Shown in pieces: positions 19,352 through 29,594 of a DNA stretch of 40,120 bases (the first letter of the stretch is position 1; every line of letters begins with the position of its first letter). Source of the stretch: an uncultured delta proteobacterium. GTDB taxonomy: Bacteria; Desulfobacterota; Binatia; HRBIN30; BPIQ01. The stretch covers positions 1 to 40,120 of the forward strand of contig CAVXGR010000001.1 of assembly GCA_963761335.1 (NCBI GenBank), read 5' to 3'. The notes under the pieces are model-generated. The model made no database searches. It was given only the letters and a program-made list of their open reading frames with translations, and was not told the DNA's origin. A program made the translations under genes and the position numbers.

Positions 19352-20169
19352 CGCCGCCGCTCCGGGTCGGTGATTCGGTGATGATGGCCTTCGCCCGGCT
19401 TGCTGGAGAGGACGTCGTGCGAGAGGAAGTCGAACTCGCAGCGATAGGCCTCCTGCAGCTGATGGCTTTCCAGCACCGCCCGCGGCCGCCCGTGCACGTG
19501 CATGGTGCCGTTGATGCAGGCCAGCTCGTCGGCGTAATTGGCGAGAGCCACCAGGTCGTGGGAGACGGCGATCACGGTGAGCTCGAGCTCGGCGCGCAGC
19601 TTCATCAGGAGGGCATAGAACTCCTCCTGCGAGGGCAGGTCGAGGCCGGTGGTGGGCTCGTCGAGGATCACCATGCGGGTGCCGCCGCAGAGCGCCCGCG
19701 CCAGCAGCACGCGCTGCTGCTGGCCGCCGGAGAGAGCCCCGATCGAGCGCTTGCCGATGCCGGCAAGGCCGACGCGTTCGATGACCTCGTCGACGCGTTT
19801 CCAGTCGCTGCGCTGCGGAAAGCGGAACATGCCGATGGCGGCCGTGCGTCCCATCATCACCACGTCGCGCACGGACAGGGGAAAGCGAGAGTCGAAGCCC
19901 ACTCGCTGCGGAACGTAGCCGATCAGATGGGCCCGCGCGCCGAGCCGCTCGGGCGGCGCCCCGAAAACGCGGATGCTGCCGGCCGCGGCGGGAACCAGCC
20001 CCAGGATCGCCCGCAGCAGAGTGGTCTTGCCGGCGCCGTTGGGGCCAATGATCCCGAGGAAATGACCTTCGCGTACGGTGAAGGAGATGTCCCAGAGGAC
20101 GCGGCGGCCGTCGAGATCGACGGCCAGGTCGATCACCTCGACAGGAACCGGCCTTTCACTCGAAGGCAT
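19348..20169 (-). CDS. Zn/Mn ABC transporter ATPase (ZnuC-like)
   Basis: GPNGAGKT, GYVPQ, LSGGQQQR, LDEPTTG, VSHD. Confidence 0.93.
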   Translation of the reverse strand: MPSSERPVPVEVIDLAVDLDGRRVLWDISFTVREGHFLGIIGPNGAGKTTLLRAILGLVPAAAGSIRVFGAPPERLGARAHLIGYVPQRVGFDSRFPLSVRDVVMMGRTAAIGMFRFPQRSDWKRVDEVIERVGLAGIGKRSIGALSGGQQQRVLLARALCGGTRMVILDEPTTGLDLPSQEEFYALLMKLRAELELTVIAVSHDLVALANYADELACINGTMHVHGRPRAVLESHQLQEAYRCEFDFLSHDVLSSKPGEGHHHRITDPERRR

Positions 20170-21031
20170 GGGAGAGAGCCTCGAGATTGAAGCGCATCAG
20201 CTTCAGGTAGCTGTCGCGTCCCGGGAGCGATGGCCCGCCGAGCGGATCGACGGTCACCAGGACGCCGCCGAACTCGGCGGCGAGGATCTCGGCGGCACGG
20301 CGGCTGAGCTGCGGCTCGACGAGGACGATCCGCGCCTGGGCCTGGCGCGCCCGCTGTACCAGCTCGGCGATCGCCCGCGCCGACGGCTCCTTCCCGGGCG
20401 ACTCCTCGATCACCCCGACCTGTCGCAACCCGTAGCGCCGGGCGAAGTAGCGCCATGACTGGTGCAGCGACACGTACTCGGGGTGCTTCCAGCCGTGTGC
20501 GGCGCGCATGATCTGGTCATCGAGCTGCGCCAGCTGCCGTTGGTAGCCCGCGGCGTTGGCCGCGAGCTCCTGGCGCCGATCCGGGGCGATCTTCTCGAGG
20601 GCGGTCTCGATCGCCGGCACGATCTGCTGCTCGACGAGATGCGGGTCGAGCCACACGTGGGGGTCGCCGCGCCCGTGCCCGCCGCCATCGATGAGATCGA
20701 TGCCGCCGGTGGCGGTCACCACCGGGCCGCCGCTGCCGAGCAGGCGATCGACCCAGTCGTCGACTCCGGCGCCGACGCGGATCAGCAGCTGCGCCGACTG
20801 CAGGGCGCGAACCTGCTCCGGCTTCGGCTCGTACGTGTGCGGGCTGGCTCCCGCGGGCAGCAGGGTCATCACCTCCACTGCCGTGCCGCCCACCCGGGCG
20901 GCAATGTCGGCGAGCGGAAATATGGTCGCCGCCACCCGGATCGGCTCTGCTGCCCGCGCCGGGTTGCCGAGCGCCAGGAGGGCGAGGACGGCCGCAGCGG
21001 CAGTCGGGCGGGAGGCGAGGCGCAGGGACAT
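20156..21031 (-). CDS. Zn/Mn ABC transporter substrate-binding protein (ZnuA/TroA-like)
   Basis: C-terminal part of ORF 20156..23155 from ATG 21031; signal peptide, SPHTYEP, DPHVWLDP, HQSWRYFARRYGL, DPLG. Confidence 0.92.
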   Translation of the reverse strand: MSLRLASRPTAAAAVLALLALGNPARAAEPIRVAATIFPLADIAARVGGTAVEVMTLLPAGASPHTYEPKPEQVRALQSAQLLIRVGAGVDDWVDRLLGSGGPVVTATGGIDLIDGGGHGRGDPHVWLDPHLVEQQIVPAIETALEKIAPDRRQELAANAAGYQRQLAQLDDQIMRAAHGWKHPEYVSLHQSWRYFARRYGLRQVGVIEESPGKEPSARAIAELVQRARQAQARIVLVEPQLSRRAAEILAAEFGGVLVTVDPLGGPSLPGRDSYLKLMRFNLEALSHAFE

Positions 21032-21133
21032 CCAGGAGGCTCCAGAGAGCCCGACCCGGCTAGCACCCGCGGCGTTGTGCTGCAACCGGGGCCGCGGTTG
21101 CAGCCTGGCCGCGCCGGTGTTACGCAGCCGCAG

Positions 21134-22345
21134 GTGGTCTCCCTGGAGCAGATCCGCGCCGCGCGGCGGCGCGCCGCCGGCATCGTCAAGGTGACGCCGC
21201 TCGATCTGAGCGCGACCTTCAGCGCCATGTGCGGGCGCGAGATCCATCTCAAGCTGGAGAACCTGCAGAAGACCGGGTCCTTCAAGGTCCGCGGCGCTCT
21301 CAACAAGATCCAGCTGCTCGCCGGCGACGATGGCCGCGGCGTGATCACCGCCTCGGCCGGCAATCACGCCCAGGGCGTCGCCTACGCGGCGCAGCGCGCC
21401 GGCGTCGATGCGGTGGTGGTAATGCCGGAGTCGGCGGCGGTGAGCAAGCTGTCGGCGACTGCGGCATACGGGGCTCGCGTCGTGCTCGCCGGGCGCGATT
21501 ACGACGAGGCGTACGCGCGCGCCAGGGAGATCGCCGCGGAGGAAAAGCGGACCTTTATCCACGCTTTCGACGACGAGGAGGTGATTGCCGGGCAGGGCAC
21601 CCTCGGGCTGGAGCTTCTCGAGCAGTGCCCGGATCTCGACACCGTCGTCGTCCCCGTCGGCGGCGGCGGCCTGCTGTCCGGCATCGTCTGCGCCCTGCGC
21701 GGCGCCGGCAGCCGCGCTCGCGTGATCGCCGTGCAAGCCGCCGGCGCCTCTTCCCTGCGCCGTAGCCTGGCCCAGGGAAAGCGCTTCGAGCTTCCGGCGG
21801 TGGATACGATTGCCGACGGCCTGGCGACGCGTTCCGTGGGCGCGGTGCCCTTCTCGATCCTGCGCGAGACCGTGAACGAGGCGGTCGAGGTCAGCGATGC
21901 GGAGATTGCCGAGGCCGTGCTGCTGCTGCTCGAGCGCGCCAAGACCGTGGTCGAGGGAGCCGGCGCCGTCGGCCTCGCTGCCTGCCTCACGGGCCGGCTG
22001 CCGGCCGCCGCCGCCAAGGTGGCGGTGGTGATCTCCGGGGGCAACATCGACATGAACCTTCTGGACCGCATCATCAATCTCGGTCTCATGCACGCCGGGC
22101 GTCTCTTCCGCTTCACCACCCGGCTGCGCGATCGCCCCGGGGAGCTGCAGCGGCTGGTGACCTGCATCGCCGGCTGCCGCGCCAACATCCACCAGATACG
22201 TCACGAGCGGGCCCGCCCCGGCCTGCCGCTCACCCAGGCCGCGGTCACCCTGGAGCTCGAGACGCGGGGCGCGGAGCATATCGCCGAGACCAGGGGGGCG
22301 CTCCAGGAGGCGGGTTTCGATCTGAGCGCGCCGATGGCAGAATGA
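21134..22345 (+). CDS. ilvA: threonine ammonia-lyase with C-terminal ACT domain
   Basis: LKLENLQKTGSFKVRGA, ASAGNHAQG, PVGGGGL, SGGNID, DRPGEL; start approximate. Confidence 0.9.
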   Translation: MVSLEQIRAARRRAAGIVKVTPLDLSATFSAMCGREIHLKLENLQKTGSFKVRGALNKIQLLAGDDGRGVITASAGNHAQGVAYAAQRAGVDAVVVMPESAAVSKLSATAAYGARVVLAGRDYDEAYARAREIAAEEKRTFIHAFDDEEVIAGQGTLGLELLEQCPDLDTVVVPVGGGGLLSGIVCALRGAGSRARVIAVQAAGASSLRRSLAQGKRFELPAVDTIADGLATRSVGAVPFSILRETVNEAVEVSDAEIAEAVLLLLERAKTVVEGAGAVGLAACLTGRLPAAAAKVAVVISGGNIDMNLLDRIINLGLMHAGRLFRFTTRLRDRPGELQRLVTCIAGCRANIHQIRHERARPGLPLTQAAVTLELETRGAEHIAETRGALQEAGFDLSAPMAE

Positions 22346-22411
22346 ACCTCCCTGAATACACGCATCGACGGCCGCGCTCGTTCCGCAGTCGATTCGGCAC
22401 TGGAGCTGTCC

Positions 22412-23905
22412 ATGGCAGACTATGAGAGACTGACGGCGCTCGACGCCTCTTTCCTTGGCGTCGAGGATTCCAACGCCCACATGCACGTCGGCGGCGTTCT
22501 CCTGTTCGATGCCGGGCCCCTGCGCACCGCAGGCGGCGGCCTCGACATCGACCGCATCCGCCTCGCCATTCATTCCAAGCTGCACCTGGTGCCGCGCTTT
22601 CGGCAGGTGCTCGCCTGGGTGCCGTACGAGCGCAATCCCATCTGGGCGGACGACAGTCGCTTTCGCCTCGCCTATCACGTGCGCCATACGGCACTGCCGC
22701 GGCCGGGCGACGAGCGCGACCTCAAGCGCCTGGTCGGCCGCATCATGTCGCAGCCGCTCGATCGCGGCCGGCCGCTGTGGGAGATCTGGGTAGCGGAGGG
22801 TCTGGACGGCGACCGCTTCGCGCTGATCAGCAAGACGCATCACTGCATGATCGACGGCATCTCCGGTGCCGATCTGATCTCGGTGATGATGGAGCCCGTC
22901 GCCAGTACCGATCCGGGCGAGCCGATCCCGTGGACGCCGCGACCGCGCCCGAGCGGGGCGCGCCTCGCCGTCGATGCCGTCTGGCGCCGCCTGGCGCAGC
23001 CGGCGGAGGCGCTGCAGGCGGTGACCGATGCCGTGCGCCATCCGGAGACCACGGCCCGCCGTGTCGGCGAGGGGCTCTCGGCGATCGCCGAGGCCTTCGC
23101 GCCGGCGCTGCGCCCGGCCTCCTATACCCAGCTCAACGTCGAGGTCGGGCCGCACCGCCGCTTCGATTGGACGTCCATGTCAGTGGCGGATTTCAAGGCC
23201 GTGAAGAATGTCCTTGGGGGCACTCTCAATGACGTGGTCCTGGCGACGGTGAGCGGGGCCCTGCGGCGCTTCTTCGCCAAGCGCGGTGAGAACCCCGATC
23301 GCCTCGAGGTGCGAGCGATGGTGCCGGTGAGCGTGCGCAGCCAGGACGAGCGCGGAGAGCTCGGAAACCGCGTGGCGCAGATGATCGCGCGCCTGCCGGT
23401 TGATGTCGAGGACCCCGTGGCGCGGCTCGACAATGTGCGCGCCACCATGAGCGGGCTCAAGGAATCGCGGCAGGCGCTGGGCGGCGAGGTGCTCACCGCC
23501 ATCAGCGACTGGACCGTCCCCAATCTGCTGGTCCAGGCCGTTCGCCTCGCCGAGCGGGCGCGTCCCTACAACCTCATCGTCACCAATGTTCCGGGGCCGC
23601 AGATCCCGCTCTACTTCCTCGGCTGCCCGATGCGCACCACCTATCCGGTGGTGCCGCTGTTCCATCAGATGGCCATGGTGGTGGGGATCTTCAGCTACAA
23701 CGGCGGTCTCTTCTGGGGACTGAACGCCGACTGGGAGCAGATCCCCGACCTGCACGACTTCGTCTCGTATCTGGAGGAGGCCTTCCGGGACCTGCAGAAG
23801 GCCGCGGAACGCGCCGCCGCGGCGGGGGCGCCGAAGCCGAAGGCGCCGCCGCGCCGCCGCACCCGCGCCAAGAAGTCTGCGCCGCGGTCGGCGCGGGCCT
23901 CGTAG
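22412..23905 (+). CDS. wax ester synthase/diacylglycerol acyltransferase (WS/DGAT)
   Basis: HHCMIDG catalytic motif, LDRGRPLWE, TLNDVVLA, TNVPGPQ. Confidence 0.95.
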   Translation: MADYERLTALDASFLGVEDSNAHMHVGGVLLFDAGPLRTAGGGLDIDRIRLAIHSKLHLVPRFRQVLAWVPYERNPIWADDSRFRLAYHVRHTALPRPGDERDLKRLVGRIMSQPLDRGRPLWEIWVAEGLDGDRFALISKTHHCMIDGISGADLISVMMEPVASTDPGEPIPWTPRPRPSGARLAVDAVWRRLAQPAEALQAVTDAVRHPETTARRVGEGLSAIAEAFAPALRPASYTQLNVEVGPHRRFDWTSMSVADFKAVKNVLGGTLNDVVLATVSGALRRFFAKRGENPDRLEVRAMVPVSVRSQDERGELGNRVAQMIARLPVDVEDPVARLDNVRATMSGLKESRQALGGEVLTAISDWTVPNLLVQAVRLAERARPYNLIVTNVPGPQIPLYFLGCPMRTTYPVVPLFHQMAMVVGIFSYNGGLFWGLNADWEQIPDLHDFVSYLEEAFRDLQKAAERAAAAGAPKPKAPPRRRTRAKKSAPRSARAS

Positions 23906-23926
23906 CTCGCGGCAGAGGAGGGAATA

Positions 23927-24328
23927 TTGCTGAAGGTGCGGTCTCTCGATCATTTCGTCCTGCGGGTGCGTGATCTCGACGGCTCGCTGGCGTTCTACCG
24001 CGATATCCTCGGGCTGCCGATCGAGTTCCTCGACGAGTATCGCGCCGGCACCCGTCCCTTCGTCTCGGCACGTCTCGGCGCGCAGCTGATCGATCTCGTC
24101 CCCGACCCGACCTACGATGCCGATGCGGCGCGCAACACCTCCGGCCTTCTCCACTTCTGCATCGACCTGGAGAGCGCCGACTTCGATCAACTGCTTCCGG
24201 AGCTGCGTCGTCGGGGCGTCAACGTCCTCGAGGATCAGCCGGTGCCGCGCATGGGGGCGACGGGGGTGGGCCTGTCCGTCTACATCACCGACCCCGACGG
24301 CTACGTGGTCGAGCTCAAGGCGGTCTGA
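23927..24328 (+). CDS. VOC/glyoxalase family protein
   Basis: LDHFVLRVRDL...FYRDILG, HFC, YITDPDGYVVEL; GAGGAG RBS and TTG start. Confidence 0.9.
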   Translation: MLKVRSLDHFVLRVRDLDGSLAFYRDILGLPIEFLDEYRAGTRPFVSARLGAQLIDLVPDPTYDADAARNTSGLLHFCIDLESADFDQLLPELRRRGVNVLEDQPVPRMGATGVGLSVYITDPDGYVVELKAV

Positions 24329-24396
24329 GCGGGCAGGGGAGACGGGGGCGTGTTGACGCAGTCGATGCATATCCATTAGGTGTGAAGGGAAACACG

Positions 24397-24648
24397 ATGA
24401 GAGAATCCCGAAGGAGCAGGTGGTTCCCGTTGCCGTTGCTGGCTTTGCTGGCGCTGCCGGTGATCTGGGCGGCGCTGCTGTCGATCGCCTTGGTGCTGGT
24501 GGCCGGCGGCGTTCTCGGCGTGTTGGCGCTCTCTTTTCTGATGCGCCCGCGTCTCGGCGCCAAGGATGCAGAGGGGGATGCGCAGACGATCACCCTCGAG
24601 CGCGACGACTATCGGCGGCTCCCCCCTGGTGAGCTGCCCCCCCGCTGA
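24397..24648 (+). CDS. small membrane protein of unknown function
   Basis: Long hydrophobic segment; C-terminal TITLERDDYRRL; GAAGGG RBS. Confidence 0.65.
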   Translation: MRESRRSRWFPLPLLALLALPVIWAALLSIALVLVAGGVLGVLALSFLMRPRLGAKDAEGDAQTITLERDDYRRLPPGELPPR

Positions 24649-24666
24649 CGTCGCGGGTCGTCTCCC

Positions 24667-25851
24667 ATGATGCGCGTCGGCGTCGGCTCCTCTCGCCTGG
24701 CGGATTCCGCGGCCGCCGCCGCCGCGGCGACGCGACAGGCGGTCGAGCGTGCCGCCCTCCGCGGCCCGGCGCAGCTGGCCCTGGTGTTTGCCAGCATTCA
24801 CCACGGCCCCAGCTACACGGCCATCCTGCGCGCCGTCCGCGAGACGGCGGCGACGCAGAACGTCGTCGGTTGCAGCGCTCGGGGCGTGCTCACCAGCGAT
24901 GGGGAGATCGAGGACGATTTCGCCGTCGCGGTCATGGTGGTGGGCGGCGATGGCTTCAATGTCTGCCGCTTCTTCGTCCCCAACCTTCGCGGCCGGGCGC
25001 GCGAGGTCGGTCACGAGATCGGCCGCCAGGTGCGTCCGTTCCTCGGCCCCGAGAATCTCCTCGTCCTGCTGCCCGACACCTACAACTTTCACGCGCCGCC
25101 GGTGTTTTCGGCGCTGCTCGACGAGCTGGGCCCGGTCAACATCGTCGGCGGCGGCGCCTCGGAGGACGGCACCCTCGGCGAGACCTTTCAGATGTGCGGC
25201 GACACGGTCAGTCACAACGCCGCCACCGGCTTCTTGCTCTCGGGCCGATTGCGCTCGACCATCGGGTTGACCCACGCCTGTCGCCCGGCAGGCCCGATTC
25301 ACACGGTGACCAAGACGCAGCGCAACGTGGTCATCGAGCTCGATGGCCGCCGCGCCTTCGACGTCTTTGCCGATTGCGTCCCCGGGCCGCTGCGCGACGA
25401 CCTGCGCCGCGCCGCTGCCACCGTCTTCATCGGCGTGCCGATGCGCCCCGGCGGCGACAGCCTGCGGCGCGGCGAGTACCTGGTGCGCAACATCGTCGGC
25501 ATCGACCCGGAGGTCGGGTTCCTCGCCGTCGCCGTGGAGGTGCACGAGGGACAGCGGCTCGGGTTCGTGGTGCGCGAGCCGGTCGGTGCACGCGAGGATC
25601 TGAAGCTCATGCTCGCCGAGCAGGCGGAGGCCTGGCGCGGGCGGCGCCCGGCGCTCGGGCTGTACTTCAACTGTGTGGCGCGCGGCTCCGGCCTCTACGG
25701 AATGGCCGACGTGGACTTCGCCTATCTCAAGCAGGCATTTGGGGACATGCCCTTCATCGGCTTCTTCACCGGCGCGGAGATCGCCCCGATCGAGGGTATG
25801 CCGCTGCTGCATCAGTACACCGGCGTCCTCGCCCTGGTCGGGCCGGAGTAA
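24667..25851 (+). CDS. FIST signal transduction domain protein (FIST N and C)
   Basis: VVGCSARG, IVGGGAS, ELDGRRA, YLVRNIVG, YFNCVARG, GFFTGAEI. Confidence 0.9.
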   Translation: MMRVGVGSSRLADSAAAAAAATRQAVERAALRGPAQLALVFASIHHGPSYTAILRAVRETAATQNVVGCSARGVLTSDGEIEDDFAVAVMVVGGDGFNVCRFFVPNLRGRAREVGHEIGRQVRPFLGPENLLVLLPDTYNFHAPPVFSALLDELGPVNIVGGGASEDGTLGETFQMCGDTVSHNAATGFLLSGRLRSTIGLTHACRPAGPIHTVTKTQRNVVIELDGRRAFDVFADCVPGPLRDDLRRAAATVFIGVPMRPGGDSLRRGEYLVRNIVGIDPEVGFLAVAVEVHEGQRLGFVVREPVGAREDLKLMLAEQAEAWRGRRPALGLYFNCVARGSGLYGMADVDFAYLKQAFGDMPFIGFFTGAEIAPIEGMPLLHQYTGVLALVGPE

Positions 25852-25884
25852 TCGCGGAGAAGGCGCGGCGCGCTCTCTGCGCTC

Positions 25885-28449
25885 ATGGCCCGCTCCCTCG
25901 ACCGAATCGCTTCGCTCGCCGTGGTCGCCGCCCGCGAGGCGATCGCCGACGCCGGCGGCAACGAGGTGTTCCTCTTGGGAGTGCTCGGCGAAGACCGGCG
26001 CGTCGTCGAGGTCCGCGTCGCCGCCCGCGGGAATCGCAATGCCGCACCGGCGATTCTCCACCTGCCGCGCCCCGGCGAGGTGGTGATCCACAATCATCCG
26101 AGTGGCATCCTGGAGCCGTCCGACGCCGATCTGGAGGTGGCCTCGTCGCTCGGCCAGGACGGTGTCGGCTTCTTCATCGTCGACAACGACGTCCGCCAGG
26201 TCTACGTCGTGGTCGAGCCGCATGCCGACCGCGAGATCGCCGCTCTCGATCCCGAGGCGGTGGCCCGCTGCCTCGGCCCGGGCGGCGCGGTGGCGCAGTC
26301 ACTTCCGGGCTATGAGCACCGGCCCGAGCAGCTGGCCATGCTCGAGGCGGTGGTCGAGTCCTTCAACGGCAACGGCATTGCCACGGTGGAGGCGGGCACG
26401 GGAACGGGTAAATCCCTCGCCTACCTGGTGCCGGCGATTCACTGGAGCCTCGCCAACCGCGAGCGCGTCGTGGTCTCCACCCATACCATCAACCTCCAGG
26501 AGCAGCTGATCCGCAAGGACCTGCCGTTCCTGGTCGAGCGCGCCGGGCTTCCGTGCAAAGCGGTTCTGGTGAAGGGTCGCGGCAACTACCTGTGCCGGCG
26601 CAAGGCCGAGCAGGCGCGCGGTGCCGCAGCACAGCTGATCGATGACGACCTCCAGCGCGAGCTGCGGCAGGTGCTGGAGTGGGCGGAGCACACCCGCGAC
26701 GGCAGCCGCAGCGACCTGCCGGTGATGCCGCGCCCGGAAGTGTGGGAGCAGGTGGTCTCCGAGAACGACAACTGCCTGCGCGCCCGCTGTCCCTACTACG
26801 ACAGCTGCTTCTTCTACGAGGCGCGCCGCGCCGCCGCCAAGGCGGACGTGCTGGTGGTGAATCACCATCTGCTGATGGCCGATCTGGCGCTGCGCGAGGA
26901 GCTCGGCAACTATACGCAGAACGCCGTGCTCCCGCCGACGACGCGGGTGATCATCGACGAGGCGCATCACCTCGAGGACGTCGCCACTTCATACTTCGGC
27001 AGCCGCATCGGCCCGCTCGCCATCGAGCGCACCCTCGGCCGCCTGCAGCAAGCGCGCAACCCGACGCGCGGTGTCCTTCCCGCCCTGTCGATGGCGCTGG
27101 AGTCGATCGAGTCTCCCGAAGATGCGCCGCAGGCACAGGGGGCGGCGGCGGCCATCGATGAGCGCCTGCTGGCGCAACGCGGCAGCCTCGGCCGCGAGAC
27201 CCAGGAGTGTTTTTCGGCGCTCGCCGCCGGCCTCGAGGACCTGCTCGAGCGACCGCTCGGCCCGGTTCCGGAAAAAGTTCGCGTCATCCCGGCGCTGCGC
27301 GAGACGCCGTACTGGGGGCAGCTCAGCCGCGCCGTGTCGCGGCTGGCGGCGTCGCTGACCCACTATGCCGAATCGATTGCCAGGGTGCTCGAGCGCATCG
27401 AGCAGATGAGCGACAAGGTCCCCCGGCAGGTGCGCTATCTCGCCACCGAGCTCGGGGCGATGGGGCAGCGCCTCGCCGGCTGCGGCGGCGGGTTGGAGTT
27501 GTTCCTCGGCGATGACGAGGAGAGCTGTCGCTGGATCGAGGGCGTCCGCTCGTCGCGCGGAGGTCCGACGTTGAGCTTCAACGTGGCCCCGATTGCCGTC
27601 GGTCCGCTGCTGCGCCGCGCGCTCTTCGAGCGCTTCCGCACGGTGGCGCTGACCTCGGCGACTCTCGCCGTCGAGCATCGCTTCGACTACCTGCACGAGC
27701 GCGTCGGTCTGCGCCGGCTGGAGCCGCCGGAGCGACTGCGCACCCTGCTGGTCGCTTCTCCTTTCGATTACGAGAGGCAGGCGCTTCTCGCCGTGCCGCG
27801 CGACATGCCCGAGCCGGCGGATCCGGGCTTCGAGACCGCCTCGCACGAGTTCATGGCGGAGCTGCTGGCGCTGACCCGCGGCGGCACCTTCCTGCTGTTC
27901 ACCTCGTACGCGGCGCTCGAGCGCGCCTGGCGCGCTCTGCAGGCGCCGCTCGAGGCGATGGGGCTGGCGCCGCTGCGGCAGGGGTCGGCGAATCGCTCGG
28001 CGCTGCTGCACCGTTTCACGCGCAACTCGCGCAGCGTGCTGTTCGCCACCGACAGCTTCTGGGAGGGAGTCGATGTGCGCGGCGATGCCCTGCGCTGCGT
28101 GGTGATTGCCAAGCTGCCTTTCTCGGTTCCCACCGAGCCGATCCAGCAGGCGCGGCACGAGGCGATCCGCGCCGCCGGCGGATCGCCCTTCGCGGAGCAT
28201 ACGCTGCCGCAGGCGGTCCTCAAGCTGAAGCAGGGATTCGGCCGCCTCATCCGCAGCCGCGACGATCGCGGCGCCGTCGTCATCCTCGACAGCCGCATCG
28301 GCCGCCGGCGCTATGGCCCGGCGTTTCTCGAGTCGCTGCCGCCGGCGCGGCGCGTGCTCGCCGGCCGCGCCGAGACGCTGGCGGAGCTACGGCGCTTCTT
28401 CGCGCCGCCGGCGGCGGAGGTGGTGCCGCTGGCGGATCCGCTCCCTTGA
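25885..28449 (+). CDS. DinG/YoaA-family helicase with N-terminal RadC-like JAB domain
   Basis: HNHPSG..EPSDAD; EAGTGTGKS; KGRGNYLC and CLRARCPYYDSC Fe-S cysteines; IDEAHH; TSAT; FWEGVD; QGFGRLIR. Confidence 0.93.
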   Translation: MARSLDRIASLAVVAAREAIADAGGNEVFLLGVLGEDRRVVEVRVAARGNRNAAPAILHLPRPGEVVIHNHPSGILEPSDADLEVASSLGQDGVGFFIVDNDVRQVYVVVEPHADREIAALDPEAVARCLGPGGAVAQSLPGYEHRPEQLAMLEAVVESFNGNGIATVEAGTGTGKSLAYLVPAIHWSLANRERVVVSTHTINLQEQLIRKDLPFLVERAGLPCKAVLVKGRGNYLCRRKAEQARGAAAQLIDDDLQRELRQVLEWAEHTRDGSRSDLPVMPRPEVWEQVVSENDNCLRARCPYYDSCFFYEARRAAAKADVLVVNHHLLMADLALREELGNYTQNAVLPPTTRVIIDEAHHLEDVATSYFGSRIGPLAIERTLGRLQQARNPTRGVLPALSMALESIESPEDAPQAQGAAAAIDERLLAQRGSLGRETQECFSALAAGLEDLLERPLGPVPEKVRVIPALRETPYWGQLSRAVSRLAASLTHYAESIARVLERIEQMSDKVPRQVRYLATELGAMGQRLAGCGGGLELFLGDDEESCRWIEGVRSSRGGPTLSFNVAPIAVGPLLRRALFERFRTVALTSATLAVEHRFDYLHERVGLRRLEPPERLRTLLVASPFDYERQALLAVPRDMPEPADPGFETASHEFMAELLALTRGGTFLLFTSYAALERAWRALQAPLEAMGLAPLRQGSANRSALLHRFTRNSRSVLFATDSFWEGVDVRGDALRCVVIAKLPFSVPTEPIQQARHEAIRAAGGSPFAEHTLPQAVLKLKQGFGRLIRSRDDRGAVVILDSRIGRRRYGPAFLESLPPARRVLAGRAETLAELRRFFAPPAAEVVPLADPLP

Positions 28450-28557
28450 CTTGACGTGGGCTTTCGGGGACAAATTTCAGGTTCATCCTGTCGGCCTCCG
28501 CGGCCGCAGCCAGAGCAGACGCTGAATCCCAATTCTTTCTAAGGAGGACGTTACACC

Positions 28558-29499
28558 ATGGCTCGATTACTAGAGGGCAGAGTTGCCATCGTCACCGGCT
28601 CGGGTCGGGGCATCGGCCGTGAAGAGGCCCTGCTGATGGCGAAGCACGGCGCCAAGGTCGTCGTCAACGACCTGGGCGCGCATTTCGACGGCACCGGCGC
28701 CAGCACCAGCCCCGCCCAGGAGGTCGTCGACGAGATCAGAAAGGCAGGCGGCGAGGCCGTCGCCAACGGTGACAGCGTCAGTGACTTCAAATCGGCGAAA
28801 CGCATCATCGAATGCGCCGTCGACACCTTCGGCAAGCTCAACATCGTGGTGAACAATGCCGGCATCCTGCGCGACCGCATGATCTTCAACATGGCCGAGG
28901 AGGACTGGGATTCGGTGATGGCGGTGCACCTGAAGGGCTCGTTCAACATGTCGCGCCACGCCTGTGAGTACTGGCGCGAGGAGCACAAGAAGGGCGACGT
29001 CCTCAACGGCCGCATCATCAACACCTCCTCGGACGCCGGCCTGCTGGGCAACGTCGGCCAGGCGAACTACGGGTCGGCGAAGGCGGCTCTGGCGATGATG
29101 GCCATCATCATCGACAAGGAGATGTCGAAGTACGGCATCACCGCCAACGCCATCGCGCCGCTGGCGCGCACTCGGCTCACGGTCGATGCGACGCCGTCGA
29201 CGGCGGCCTTCATGGGCCGGGAAGTGAAGGAAGGCGAGTTCGACGTCTTCAGCCCGCGCAACATCGCACCGCTGATCGTCTGGCTGGGCAGCGAGGATGC
29301 CAAGGACGTTCACGGCGAGGTCTTCCGCGTCGGCGGCGGCACCGTGTGGCTGATGCAGGGCTGGCATACCGTCGGCAAGGTCTCGCAGAAAGCCACCTGG
29401 GAGCCGGACAATCTCGGCACGCAGCTCAAGTCCGAGCTCGCCAAGGGCATCACCGCGAAGGAGGACATGGCGAGCATTCTCGCCGGCGCTCTTTCCTGA
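28558..29499 (+). CDS. short-chain dehydrogenase/reductase (hydroxyacyl-CoA dehydrogenase-like)
   Basis: TGSGRGIG, VVVNDLG, NNAGILRD, YGSAK; AAGGAGG RBS. Confidence 0.95.
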   Translation: MARLLEGRVAIVTGSGRGIGREEALLMAKHGAKVVVNDLGAHFDGTGASTSPAQEVVDEIRKAGGEAVANGDSVSDFKSAKRIIECAVDTFGKLNIVVNNAGILRDRMIFNMAEEDWDSVMAVHLKGSFNMSRHACEYWREEHKKGDVLNGRIINTSSDAGLLGNVGQANYGSAKAALAMMAIIIDKEMSKYGITANAIAPLARTRLTVDATPSTAAFMGREVKEGEFDVFSPRNIAPLIVWLGSEDAKDVHGEVFRVGGGTVWLMQGWHTVGKVSQKATWEPDNLGTQLKSELAKGITAKEDMASILAGALS

Positions 29500-29505
29500 T
29501 GAGAC

Positions 29506-29594
29506 GGTTGTTCGGTTGTTGCGTTGTTGGTTGTTAGGTTCGAATCGACGTGTCTCGTTCCTCCCTAACAACCAACAACCAACAACCAACAACC
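29506..29594. repeat. inverted array of 7-mer tandem repeats (GGTTGTT)n ... (AACAACC)n
   Basis: Left arm 29506-29538, right arm 29564-29594. Confidence 0.85.

Noticed and set aside
21032..23155. N-terminal part of the 999-aa minus-strand ORF
   Set aside because: Antisense shadow of ilvA and WS/DGAT; the real substrate-binding protein starts at 21031
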